Below are positions 12,769-25,100 of a stretch of DNA of 64,000 nt, piece by piece. Position 1 is the first letter of the stretch. Each line of letters starts with the position of its first letter. Source of the stretch: Lama glama (taxonomy: Eukaryota); the NCBI GenBank assembly GCA_028534125.1, contig CM052818.1:48732001-48796000 (forward strand), read 5' to 3'. The position numbers and the translations under genes were made by a program. Under the pieces are notes generated by a model. It worked only from the letters and a program-made list of their open reading frames with translations. It searched no databases and was not told the DNA's origin.

Positions 12769-15700
12769 ACCCCGCTTAATTAGACGGCACTTGGTCTTGT
12801 CTTTTCTACCCAGGTCATCCCAAGAGGTACTTAGCTGAATAGGAAATAGAACGAAGGGAAAGCCACTCAATACGTCCTATTGGCTGCCGCCTCCTCTCGA
12901 ATTAACTGTAACCGGTACCCTAACCCTGGGCTGTGACGCAAGCCCCCGACACAGCGGCAAAGGAGAGCGGTGCTTTCTGGACTGAAGGAGCCCGACAGCG
13001 GCAGCTGTCCGGTACCATGCTCCTCGAACCTGGAGCTGAAAACTGATTTGCCAAGGGGAGAATCTGCGTGTCCACCTCCCGCTTTAGGTAAAGGGAACAA
13101 GAAATGAAATGTGGTCCATCTGGGAGTGGGGCTGGGGCGGGTGAGCGGGGAGGAGGGGGGCGGGCGGGCTGCGGTGTCCGGAGGCCTCAGCATCACTCGA
13201 GATCTGACTCTGAGGGTGAGAGGCTGTGATCCCAGGTGGCTGCGGCATTGCCTGCCATCTGGTAGCAGTTGGAAGGAGAGTTCAATCTGATGAAACGGAG
13301 CCAGCCAGCTGGTGTCAGATATTAGAAAATGCGGAGGCCAAACGCCAGAGTAGCCTTTAACAAAGCTGCCTCTGAGCCCAGGGTCCTGGGAAAGGGGGCT
13401 GAGGTCTCGTTTGCAGAGCTGGCCAGGGCGCGGGGGGCTTCCTGAGTTTACTAGTATATTTTCAATAACGTCATTTATGTGCCCACATGGGAGTACATGG
13501 CATGCTGATTATCAGGCTGAAGTTAATCACACAAATCATCACTCTGGCTTTCTCCAATGTGACCTGGAAAATCCTTTCTCCAACGACGCATCTCAAGTTT
13601 ACTTGTGAAACATCCACTCGCAGCCCTAATGATAATAATAGTTGGAGAGAAATTACCAAATGTAGATGTTTTCAGAAACAACCCCCAGAGATGAAGGTCT
13701 CCCTGGTGATGACCAAGAGTAGGAGCCACGTCCCCGCCGGGCGGTCAGGGTCCCCGGAACAGCACTGCTGCTCTCACGTCTGTCGTAGAAGCAAGGCTCT
13801 CTGATACCAGCGTCCACTCACCAAGACCCGCGTAGAAACCGCGCGCCTCCTCATGGTGTTCTGGGACCAGCTTTCAGTGCCCAGCAGAAACGGTTTTGCA
13901 AATTGCAAAGAGGCCGTTAGGCTGCAAACAAATTTCTTCCTATTAAAAATTACAGTTCCCACGTTCAGTTGTCAGGAAAAGAGCTGTCGTTTTTTCCCCC
14001 TTCTTTGTACCACCGTTTGGCATGAGTTATTAAGCCATGTCCTGGAAAGGAGCCAACGGTGCATATCATTAAACGGAGCTTCTGAGGGGCTGTAAATTTT
14101 TCAGCGTGATATCACACGCACGCCAGTGAAAACCCACGCCTGCCGGGCTCCCCCGTAATAAGGACACTTTTAGGAAGGTAAGGATGTGTAAGACACTTCG
14201 TGGTAATCCAGATCTGTCGCCGCAAAGGACTGAGAAGACGAGCTTTGCCCCCGGAGGGTGGCTTCCGCCTGGCCCAGGCCGGAAAAGCACTAGCGGGAAG
14301 ACCTAGCAGCCAGAGGCATCTCGGCAGGAGGTGCAGCCCGGGGGTTTATGGGGCCGGACACCCGAGAACCGAAGGCCGGGCAGGCCTCCTGGGACTTTGC
14401 ACCCAGCAGGGCCTCTCCGACCATGGGCTGGAATGTTTCCCAGCCTTTTAAATGATTGGCTTCTTCGATCGAAAGCCTTGAACTGCTCAGAGGTTCCAGA
14501 ATCTTGTGTACCGATTTCCAGCCCTGAAGTGGACTTGAATTGCATCAGTGATAACTTTGCTGCAAGGGTAGCTCCATGAGGGATCCTCATCTTGGGATGT
14601 TTGGGGACACAGAGTGGGTTTCACTAGGTAGTTTTATTTCAGAAGCACCCAAGCGTGGTGCAGCGAGCTCCTCTGTACTAGGTGTCGGTGAGGCAGAGTC
14701 CCCGATTCTTCAGACGAGCGGGCAGAGGAGCGGAGGCTGAGGACCCCAGATGACCGTGTCTATGCAGGGAAGCCCGGCACACCCCTTCCCATAGTCCTCA
14801 GCTCTGGCCTATTTATTAAAATCCTTAAACTTGGTCAGGGATGAGATTTTTCTGAAGGAATTTGTAGATGTTTGTATGTACGCCCACCGGGGAGTGGGGT
14901 TGCTGGGAAAACGGTCTATTTTGGAAGATTTACATCAGGAAACAAACACTTTATCAAACGTATCACACGTTCAAGAAAATTATAAAAAGAAGATCCGCTG
15001 AAATAAAACATTATTTGATGACACCATCCTGGAACATAAAGGGAGTTTCCGTAACTAAGGAGATCAGCTATGGAGACGGGCAGCGTTATTACAGGATTCC
15101 GGGAGAATGAAATACACCTGAGCTGTCATCTGCAAGTGAAGTCAGTGAACACACATTCCCAAGTGGGCAATGCTGGGCGGCATTTGTTCCTTGCACCCTC
15201 CTTTCCTGGACCATCTACGTGAAGACTTAATGGGGTAAATAACCCACAAATGAGAGGCTGTGCTATAAAGATCTGGCAATGAGATCAAAGCCATTTATAC
15301 ATGAAATTAAATCCAAATAGTTAGAGATTATGATTTTTCCGTATATGAGTGCTAGCCTTTATGAAGGAAAGCCATCTGAATGTGAATGCTACATTACGGG
15401 TGTGTTAATTGAATATCACTACGTATGCTTGAGTTCCCTGCCCCGCCCCCCAAAAAGCAGTGGCCCTCACTGGACCTGCCGACCTGCCCACCTGCCCACC
15501 TGCTCAAGGCACGTCCCTGGGAGCAGGAGACGCGAGGCAGTTCTACCGTCTCCTTAGGAGGGCTCAGGTCCCGTGCGATTCCCAGGCTGTCAGCATCTTC
15601 CTGCGCCGGGGTCCAGAGTTCAGCCGTCTCTACTCTGGGGCTCCTAAAAGCCAGCAGCATATTGTATCTGATACTTAACCGAAGAAGCAGTTTTGTTTTC

Positions 15701-16224
15701 AACACTTAGAAGGAAAAACTAAATGTGTTAGTCTTATTGAAAGGATTTATCAGCCTCCAGTAATGCAACTTCCTAGGGAATTTTCAAGGGTAATTTCTAC
15801 AAAACATGATTTTTGTTATATCCGTGAGATTTGGAAGGAACTCCAGGTGGGGGCAAACTCCCCATACGATAAAGCGCTGCAAAGTGATTGAACGATGGTC
15901 GACGAGGGAAGAGATTTGAGAACATAACTGGCAGACCTGGGAAGTGAAGCCGGCGAGAGTGTAGATGCTGTAACATAACTCTCTTCTACGGAAAGAATCT
16001 GTTTGGTCCAATATTGCTTTATCACCAGTATAAATAAAAACAGATTCCTCCTTCAAATTAAACAGGATAAGGAGCAAAACTCAAAACACAGGACCATGTA
16101 GCGAATTTTCACACACAGCAGTAACACGAACAAGAATAAACAGCAGTAACTCAGGAAAGCGTAGACACAGCATCTGGACTTGGGACACGGAGATCATGAG
16201 CTGGATGTTGGCTGGAGAAATCAA

Positions 16225-16410
16225 AGAAGGTTTTCAGGAGACACACAAAATTGTTAACATTGGTTAACTCCGGTGAGAAAAATCGTGGATGGTTTTTACT
16301 TTACTAATTAAATTTTTCTGTGTTTGACCGATGTTTTGAAAAGAACCTGTATTATCTTTTTGTGATTAAATCCACCTGTAAAGTTATCTCATTTTGTAAT
16401 AAAAAAAAGT
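16225..16410 (+). mobile_element. Old L1 (L1ME-type) 3'-end fragment
   Basis: 'acacacaaaattgttaacattggttaactccggtgag...ttttactttact...tgtattatctttttgtgattaaa'. A similar fragment lies at ~25460-25625. Confidence 0.4.
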
Positions 16411-18254
16411 GGGGAAGAGGAGGAGGGTTTTATACCATCCTTTCATCTTCTGCAACAAAATATCTGGTCCTGGAAAACAACTCCTGAGTTTCAGAATGAG
16501 AGAATGAGATCTGAATGGTCCTCAGTCTTTGGAAAAAGATGCAATGATGTTCAGAACTTCAATTCCTCTCGGTTAAGGTGGTGGGTGCATGTTGTTAAGT
16601 GTACTTTTAGCAAGAAATTTTACATCAGTCAAGTTCTGATTAATCTCCTGATGCCACAGAACATTAAATTAATCAGTGTTCCATTCAAACACATTCCAAG
16701 TAATTGGTCAATGAAACTTTCGAGTCTCTTCTGGACTCTGTACTGTGCATTTAGCATGGATGGGAAAAAAAGCTCTTTCCTGCTCTTTCCCCTTTAACTC
16801 CTCCCTTTCCCCTTTTTCTCATCTGTTGTATAAATTTTTATCTCTATCCCTGAAAAGATTAGTAATAATCTCATGATTGTCATAGACGGAAATCTTGCCT
16901 TTTTGCTAAAATTGGGGAAATCTTATCATTGCCAGCAGACATTTTTTGTCACACTTCAACTTTGCTCTTGGAAGCTCCTACCATAAGCTCTCCATTCTGG
17001 GTTTGTCTGGATCCAGGTCAAGTAGATCAACTTTTGCTTTTACTTTCACAGGAGTAACCAAGTAAGAAGAAGCATAATTAATGTTTCTTCTCCAAGAACT
17101 GAGAAGAGAAATTCTCTCCGCTGGTCTGGAATAAACATAAAATGAAATGCCTATGGTTGAGGTTGGGGGAAGTTCAGTGGAAACCTGCCTTATGAGTTCT
17201 CATTGTCCACGGGCACCTTCACGCAGTACTGGAAGAGCACCCTTTGCAGCTGAGAACTCATGGGCACCCATGTCTGTCCTGCTAACGTTACACGTCACAC
17301 CACGGGGACCCGTGTGCCATCAATCAAATCTCACGCCTATTTCAAGTTAGAATTTACTATTTGGCATTTTAAGGAGGCCCAAAGACATATTTCCATGGAA
17401 TTAGACTAGGATTTTAACAACCATCTTGCCGAAAGTCAAAAGACAAGATAGTCGTCTGCATATTTTAATATTAAGCACGAATTTTGATGATGCAGTATGC
17501 ATATTTTAATAATTATCATACATGTGATTTATTGGATTTAATCAGAGCCTTATTTGTAGCATCTTGGCCAGAAATAAGCTGAGCAAATATTTAAGACCTA
17601 TATCAGCTCCAATTCCTACCCCTGTTGTTCTAAAGGTATCAGGGAAGACAAATTAGCCTTTGTTATGAATGACCTTAATGATGAGCTGATGACATAAAAA
17701 TAAAGATTCTAAATATTAATCTACTTTGGAGTTGTGTTGTACTGACATCTCAGCCTGACTCCTTATGCTATTTTAAATGTGAGTAACTGGAGCTTGGCTC
17801 CAAAGTCATTTATTTTTAGAAAAAGATGCAAATTAATAAGGCTGTGTGAAGCTGCAGACCCAGGGAGCCATTCCAGCCATAAAATAACGGGCCTGGGGGC
17901 TTCGCCCTTTCTGGTTAGTTAAGAAGCCGTAATGAAACTGGCCTCTCTGGGAGGCAGCCAGTTTTCAATTAGACTGTGTTTCTGCGCCCACAGGCCACCT
18001 CCGACACCGGAGGACATCTGTGTGTCCCCTCGCCCCCGAGCTGAGGCCGGCGGCTCTCCAAGAGGGCAGTAATGAGACAGCTCTTGAGAGATGGAAATTG
18101 TCACCTTCACACCGTGATGATGGCTCAAGAAACCTCAGGGACAGAAATCCCAGCCCCTTTCTCACCAGATCCCCTTGATTCTGTCCCCCTTCCAAGAATG
18201 TTCAGACAAAGATTGTTTCTTCTGATAACACAACATTAAGATAACAATAGGCCC

Positions 18255-18455
18255 TACTGTTTATCATAAAATAGATAAACAGCAAGGCCCTGCTGTGGAG
18301 CATGGGAACTATACTCAGTACCTTGTCGTAAGCTATAATGGAAAAGAATCTGAAAAACTTATATGTGTGTGTGTAGCTCTGCTGTACATTGGAAGCTAAT
18401 ATTGTAAATCAACTACACTTCAATAAAAAATAAAATAAAACAACAATAACAAAAA
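18255..18455 (+). mobile_element. 5'-truncated L1 3' end with A-rich tail
   Basis: 'ataaaatagataaacagcaagg..gggaactatactcagtacc..tataatggaaaagaatctg..ttgtaaatcaactacacttcaataaaaaataaaataaaa'. Confidence 0.85.
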
Positions 18456-19449
18456 TCATGGTTTATTTTCAGTGCAAATGATCCCACTAAATTCAATGGG
18501 AAAAAATAGACGTCTGGATGGGATGGCCTGTTTTCCTGGATATTATCTCTTTAAACACCATTAATGGTTGTGGTTCATCTAAAAAGACAGGGAAAACCAA
18601 GTGGGTTTGGAAAAATCATAGCATGGAAACATTTCGGCTAAGATGGGTTGTGACAGAGTTGCCTTTAAAACTTCATCGTATAGCATGCGGAATCCAAAAT
18701 GTTCCTCTCCTGGCCGTTCTTTTTTTTTGCAATCTAGTAAACGAAATATAGACATGGCTGGGTCATTGCAAAATGCCAAATTTTACAATTTGGGCTCAAA
18801 CAAACATGAGAAAATAATTAAGGAAATTGCTCTGGAAACTGCTGACTTCAGATGAAGAATATGGAACCGTACACGGTCTATAGACCAGCTTCTTAAAAGC
18901 TGCCTTTACAGCACGTAGAGCATCTCTCAGTTTAGAACGTAAGCTGCAGTTTTTACTTCTGACCTTAGCTCTCCAGGCGGCTGTGCCGGGTGCCGGGAAC
19001 AGTCACGGGGAAGGCCGATTCCAAGACCCTTCACTCTTCGACTTCTCCCCCGAGACCCTCAGAGTCGGTACCAAGGAGGCTGTGGTGGCGCTGGCTTGAG
19101 GAGACTGGGGCGCTCATCCGCTAGGCCCTGGGTGGGGATGGTTAGTGTCTAGCAGCCCAACCTGGGAGTGAGCCCCTAACTGCTCGCTCCTCCATCCAAC
19201 AGGAAGTCAGAGCACAGCAGCGAGCCGAGCAAGGACCTCCCCTCCCAGCGCTCGGGTGCCAGTGGAGAAGGCAGGCAGGGCATGGGCCAGCCGTGGGCTG
19301 GGTGGCCGGTGGCAACACACACAATGAGGGAGCGACAAGTGCAGGGCCAGGGAGGAAGGGATGCGGCCGGCGGGGCTGCCGTGTGCACACGGGCAAACTC
19401 TCCCAGGAAGAAAGGCAGCCAGCGATGAGGATCCTTAGGAGGGGGAAGC

Positions 19450-19800
19450 TACTAGCTGTGGGAGATGGATGGAGAGAGAGGGCTCGGGGCAGAGGAAAGG
19501 GCAAGCACAGAGCCCCGACGTGCAAGCATCTCAGGGATGCTCGCGGCAGAGCTGCTCGTCTGGAACAGTGAGCGGGACGGTGACGGGGTGAATCCATGTT
19601 GTCCGTTACAAAGTTTTGGCCTTTACCCTGAAGGGCACGGGAAAGCATGCATGAAGTTTGAGAGTACCGATGCCCTCAGGCATATTTCAAAAAGGTCATT
19701 TTGGTACTGCCAAGAATAAAACAGAGGAGAGGGCGGACTGGGTAATGGGTTATTGCCTGGTTCGAAGTGGTGGTCCGGGCTGGGAGCAGCGGAGGGGTGA
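19450..19800 (-). mobile_element. L2 LINE fragment
   Basis: Purine-rich antisense L2 motifs 'ttttggcctttaccctgaagggcacgggaaagc..tttcaaaaaggtcattttgg'. Confidence 0.45.
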
Positions 19801-19879
19801 GAGGTGCTCCCATCCCCGCATGGGGCTGGGATGTAGGTGGGTGCGAGATTTGGGGCTTAGAGCAGCTGGAAGTTGGAGT

Positions 19880-20315
19880 TGTCATGGGTTTCCTCCAGCT
19901 GCACAGCTTCAACTACAGCAATGCCTTCTCTACAGGCTCTGGAGGCTGGTTGTCCGAGATCAAAGTGTGGGCAGGGTGGGTTCCTTCTGAGCCCGTGGGG
20001 GACCTGTCCAACCCTGTCCCCCAGCCTCTGGTGGTTGCAGGCAAGCACTGGCCGTCCTGCCTCGGCGGCATCACCTGATCCCTGCCTTTGTCCTCACACG
20101 GTCTCCTCCCCGTGTGTGTCTGTGTCCCAACCTCCCTCTCTTATAAGCACACCAATCACAGAGGATTAGAGTCCCCTTAGCTCCAGTGTAAGCTCCCTTC
20201 GTCTACACTGAACTCATCTAAGATGACCCCATCTCCAAGCACAGTCTCATTAGGAGGCACCGAGGGTTTGTCCTTCAGCCTATGAATTCGGGAAGGGCAT
20301 GATCCAACCTGCGAC
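19880..20315 (-). mobile_element. ERVL-MaLR solo LTR, MLT1C-like
   Basis: 'ctctggaggctgg..tccgagatcaaagtgtgggcaggg..ttccttctgag', 'ctctggtggttgc', 'tcttataagcacaccaatca..ggattag', 'tatgaatt'. Confidence 0.75.
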
Positions 20316-20522
20316 GCACTCCACAGACCTGAGAAAGGCCGGGGAGGAGCGGGTTTGGACACCCTGCCCGTTTGTGCTCCTGGTACAGATGTCAAGCACA
20401 GAGCCCAGAAACAAACCTGGACTTCAGAGGCGGGCTCCGGACTGCAGATACCAGCTCAGCAGTGAAAGATGCACGTTTACAAAGGTGTAAATTCAGACGG
20501 AACACAGCACAGTCAGAAGAGC

Positions 20523-20581
20523 GATTTTTTAAAATTTTATTTATCTTTAATGGAGGGACTAGGGATTGAACCAGTACCTCC
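20523..20581 (-). mobile_element. Severely truncated Vic-1-type SINE (tail plus B-box side only)
   Basis: 'ttttatttatctttaatggagggactagggattgaacc' matches the 3' half of the copies at 10711 and 46891. Confidence 0.6.
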
Positions 20582-20619
20582 GTTTACTCTGGCTTCTGAT
20601 TTTTTTAAATCAGTACAAT

Positions 20620-21370
20620 GCCGCAGTGAGTGTACTTGTACGCATGTGCTTGCGTTTAAGACGTTTAATTTCTATGATGATTATTTCAGTGTGTACTTTT
20701 ATTATCTACTCAATCTCTTCTACGGTAATTTTTGGGTTCAAAATTTCCACATCTTAATTCACTTTTGCTAACGTATATTTCTTTCGTTTGGGTTACAGAT
20801 CGCTCGTCACAGAGCTGTGTGCTGTTTTCTGTGATTTTTTTTCATTTTTCCAGGACTTGCTTACATCTCCTTTCTCATTTTTAATGTCGCTCATTTTTGC
20901 TCTTTTTTTCTTACTCGGACGGAAGGAGTTTGTCCGTTTTATTTTTCTCTACAAAGAATCAACATTCGAATGACGTTTTTCTATTTTTCTTTTATGTGTC
21001 GCTAATATCAACCTTGACTTTCATTCATTTTTTTTCCTTCCCACTTCTTTTGGTTTATTTTCTTATTCTTTTTCTAATTCCTTAAAATCTAAAAGTGATC
21101 CTCCCCCTGCTCTTCCTCTTTCTTTCTTCTGTAACAATGAAAGCATTTACTGATACAGATTTTTTTCTCATAAAAATTTTACGGTGATTAACGAGCTTTA
21201 CTGTAAAGTCGTCATCTTTTCATTGCGTTCTAGATAGCTTGCGGTTCCTCAATTGATTTCAAGTAAAGGAGTGTTTATTCATTTCAAAATAATTATGATT
21301 TTTACATTATTTATTTCTAATTTTATTAGGTTAACATTACAGAATGTAGCCCCTAGAACCTCCCTTTCTT
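20620..21370 (-). mobile_element. Old L1M internal fragment (T-rich antisense)
   Basis: T-rich stretch with typical antisense L1 motifs 'tttctctacaaagaatcaac', 'ttctaattcctt', 'atttctaattttatt'. Confidence 0.5.
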
Positions 21371-21404
21371 AAATATTGCCTCTCCCTATGGTTTGCCATC
21401 ACCT

Positions 21405-21830
21405 ATTGATTGTTTCCCAATATCCATTCTCCTCATTTTACACAGAAATGATACTGTTATGTAGGCCCCTGGCTGCCTGGCTGAGGACTATTTTTCTCAA
21501 GATCTCCATGGAGCTGGAAGTGACCGTGTCTCTAAACGCTGGCCAGTGGATGCCGCCAGGTGTGATGTGTGTCGCGTGTTGCTCTGCACTTGCAGGGAGG
21601 AAGGGGCCTCTGCATCTCCCCCTCACGGGATGGAGGCAGCCCTCGGAGGCTCTCAGTGGACGCTGTGTACTGAAATGGCAAAATACCGGGCAGAACGTGA
21701 CTCGCTGTGACTCGGCCATCCTACCCCTGGACTCCTTACCTGGAGCATTATGTGGTAGAAAAATCCATGTCTGTGCGGTTTAAACCACTGCTATTTTGAT
21801 TCTCTTTATATATCAGCTGAACCAAAATAA
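21405..21830 (+). mobile_element. Old ERVL-MaLR LTR (MLT1J/K-like)
   Basis: 'cccaatatccattctcc..gactatttttc..gtgacc..ggccagtgga', ending 'gtttaaaccactgctatttt..cagctgaacc'. Confidence 0.5.
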
Positions 21831-22045
21831 CAAATCAACTCACCCTTAAATTTTCTATTCATGACCATCAAATTCAACCGAGTTCTCCAGCTGCCCATCA
21901 GCCCTACAGTACTCCTGACTACTTAGATCTTGCTTTTACTGGGTGAGTAGCTCACTCCTCTGTCACATCAGACCTCCTACACTTCCTCGTCTTTCCTCAT
22001 CCTCAGCTGCTGGTCTTGCCCCCGCATCTTTGAGGAAAATATGGT

Positions 22046-22252
22046 CAGCACTTTGAACTGCATGGGTCCAGTTATAGGCAGATTTTTTTTCAGTACTAAG
22101 CACAGTGCTGTAGGATGTGTGGTTGATTTCGTCTGTTTTTGTGGAACTGTGGCTACGGAGAAAAGAGCCAACTGTGGGACTTGAGCATCTGTGGATTTTG
22201 GTACCGATGGCAGGTCCTGGAACCAGTGCCCATGGGAACCAAGGGAGGATGC
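22046..22252. mobile_element. TcMar-Tigger MITE (MER2/MER8-like)
   Basis: 'tttgaactgcatgggtccagttataggcagatttttttca' and the characteristic end 'ggacttgagcatctgtggattttggta..ggtcctggaacca..ccaagggaggatg'. Confidence 0.7.
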
Positions 22253-22359
22253 ACCCAGAGGAGCGTTCCCATGCCTCACAACGCACATCCAGGACACTAA
22301 ACACTTGCCTTCACTCTTAGTCTAAGAGTGAACTCTCCACAGCCCTAAGGGAATCCACT

Positions 22360-22880
22360 TTGGAACTGGATTTCGTGCTCATTTGTCTACTTGTGAACAT
22401 CATTATATTTTGACTAAATCATCCATCTTTTTCTCTCCTCTGTATCATCCCATTCATATGCAAACATGCTGTTATTTCTCTTACCTCAAAAAAAAAATCT
22501 CTTGACTCCACATCCCTTCCAACTACCGCTTGGATCACTGAAGTCAGTTTCTTGCCGCCTCACACTAAAGAAATGGTTCTTCTCAATCAAAGACATCAAT
22601 GTCCTTCTTTTTTTTTTTTAATTGAAGTACATTCAGTAACAATGTGTCAATCTCTGGTGTACAGCACAGTGTCCCAGACATGCACATATACATACACGTG
22701 TATTTGTTTTCATATTCTTTTTCATTAAAAGTTATTACAAGATACTGAATATAGTTCCTTGTGCCATCAATGTTCTTTTTATTGCTAAATCCAGTGATCA
22801 TTTCTCCATCTTTATCGTATTTGGTGAATCAATAGCTTTTGATTCACTCCTGTCTGAAACACTTTCTTTACCTGTTTCTG
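22360..22880 (+). mobile_element. L2 LINE fragment interrupted by a younger L1
   Basis: L2 motifs 'cttgactccacatccc', 'ttgctaaatccagtgatcatttctc..tgaaacactttctt' continue on both sides of the L1 at 22607-22764. Confidence 0.6.
22607..22764 (-). mobile_element. 5'-truncated camelid-type L1 3' end with TSD
   Basis: Poly-T followed by 'attgaagtacattcagtaacaatgtgtcaatctctggtgtacagc'. TSD catcaatgtcctt (22594-22606) / catcaatgttctt (22765-22777). Confidence 0.9.
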
Positions 22881-24424
22881 TGTGAATATATATCTCACGA
22901 CTGTCCTCCGGTGCCTGCTGATTTGTGTTGTCATAAACCATCGTAGTCGTGAGCGCAGACACACAGAAGGATTGCTGACCATTGGAAGACATAATCACTT
23001 TCCCCAGGGAGCTCCCCATTTGGGTGGGGAGACCAACAATGCAGGTTCAGGTTGCGGCAGCCTTGCTGCTGTTCCAGGCTGTTTCCGCGCAGCGAAAGGT
23101 CCTTGTGCTGGAGTCCAGGGAAACTTTCAGGGGAGAAATGACAGGCAAGCACGCCTTGGCTGAGCTGAAGAACTGGCTTGGAGGGGAAACTGACAAGCGG
23201 GTGTATTTAAGGGACTTTCTCCTGCCCTGCCTGGCTGGGGTGGAAGTTACTCTCGGGAAGCAGGAAGAGCCTTTGCTTAGAATATTTTGTTAGCACTTAA
23301 ATGGCTGGCTGAAAAGTTGACTTCATTCTGTGTCGAGCAATAGACAGGGAGATTAACCCCCTAAAACAGGCTTTAAGAGAGGCAGATCTGAAACAGCTTA
23401 AACCTGAGTCTCTGAAAAGTGATCTGAATGTGGCCAATGATGACAAATAGGGAAATAAGTGTGATGCTATGATGACTTCACTCAAACTCATTTCTAAGTA
23501 TTCGGGCTTCTGATGGGGGAGGGGGCTTTGGCATCAAACAATATCGTATGGGAACATTTTGGGACGAGATAACGACCGGTGTCTGCCGTGCTTTATGAAT
23601 TCAGTCGTCCTTGAGGAAGGCTCTCTTCTGCATCAAAACATTTATTAACACAGTATTAAACAGCTTTGGTGTGGCAGAGCACACAGTGCGTGATGGGGCA
23701 AGTCTGCTCTGTGAGACTGAGTTGGTGGAAAGAAATATGCTGGCTAAGGTGACTGTGAGCTTCCATTCCTTTTAGCGTGACAGCAACAGAAAATCCCAAA
23801 GGGCACCTGGTACCAGAATGTGTAAGGCTGGGGAGAGGAGTGAGAGATTGGTTCTCCACTCTGTCAGCAGACATGCTCACACTGCATCACACACAGGTGC
23901 CACGTCACACACACGCTGCATCACACACAGTGCATGACACACACACGCTGCATCACACACACAGTACATCGTGCACATACACATTAGACACACACGTACA
24001 TCTGGTGGTGTAGTATTCCTGAATAAATAAATGCATGAAATGGTTTAAATAATAAGAAAGAACCAGAATTTCTTGATCACTTTGCTGTGAAAATTGCATT
24101 TCCTCTTAAAACTGGAAGTCCTCCGGGGGTGAAAAACAAAAGTCAAATGGAAGAATAACAAAGTTGGAAAAGAAACATTTATTTAAATATTAAAAGTGAA
24201 TATTTGTAAATGTTCTTTTTCTCTACAGGAGTCAAAAAGTTATCCTTAAATTAGCAAGATAAAAAAAGCGAGAACAAGAACAAAACTTGGCTCTCGTCAT
24301 GCGTCCTTTAAAATTAGATCTTCCTTAAACGAAGTATAGCATTTCGGATATTTCAACGGTTTTGTTTTGCGCATCAAGAAAATCCGTGTTACTAAAGAAC
24401 TTTTAAAAATCTCTCTTAACTTAC

Positions 24425-24630
24425 TGATGTTGACATCAAGGTAAATTGGCACCAAGCAGCGCAAAACGACGTGTTTCACAATTAGGAGCGGAAACCGGCA
24501 GGGTTCTCAGCTCCGGGTTGGTCTGCGTGGTTTGGCTGCTGCACGACGACCCCTCGGGGCCCCTCTGAGGAAGGTGCCCGTGAGCATCAGGACGAGCACC
24601 TGCGCCCCGAGCTGCAGCCCAGCTGCTCGC
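24425..24630 (-). other. Probable first exon (5' UTR or 4-codon start) of a minus-strand gene
   Basis: Lies directly downstream (minus strand) of stacked GC boxes at ~24665-24712. Ends at donor ACATCA|GTAAGT (intron begins at 24424), with an abrupt shift from GC-rich to AT-rich sequence after it. The TSS position is approximate. Confidence 0.6.
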
Positions 24631-25100
24631 CGGCGCCCGCGCCCGGAGGCCTGCCCGGGGGTGGCGGCCCCGCCCCGCCCGCCCCCGCGCACCCGCTCCC
24701 GCCGCCGCCCCCGCAGGCCTCCGGGGCCGAGCCTCCTCCCCCGCGTCCGCGAGCTCCTCCGGGTCCCGGCGGCCGGGCCGCCCCCTCCCCCGCCGAACAG
24801 CTGGGACGCGCTCACTCCTCCGGGCGCGGCGGGGCCTGCGCCGAACGGACCGCTGCTCACAAGCGTTCCCCAGCGCGGGCCTCCGAGGGGTCAGACTGCA
24901 GGACTTCGGTCCAGCCCCAAAGGCCAACAAGCGCGCGCCCTCGGGGGCCCTAAGCTCCGGCCGAGGTGCAGAGCTGGGAGCCATGCCGCCCCTTCTTGGC
25001 CTCCGGGACCGCGTGGGACAGGCAACCCCTGTGACCCTGCAGTCTGGTTGTCTGGGGCCCTCTCCGTCGCCAGGCCCACTTCCTGCTCGGACCTGAAGGG
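24480..25100 (-). promoter_or_regulatory. CpG-island promoter with multiple SP/KLF GC boxes
   Basis: Very high GC and CpG density, with 'ccccgccccgcccgcccccgc' and 'cgccgccgcccccgc' clusters and an adjacent donor site. Confidence 0.85.

Noticed and set aside
15784-16077. 97-aa ORF considered as an exon or processed pseudogene
   Set aside because: No known protein similarity in any frame I could read, and no clear splice signals or TSD/poly-A.
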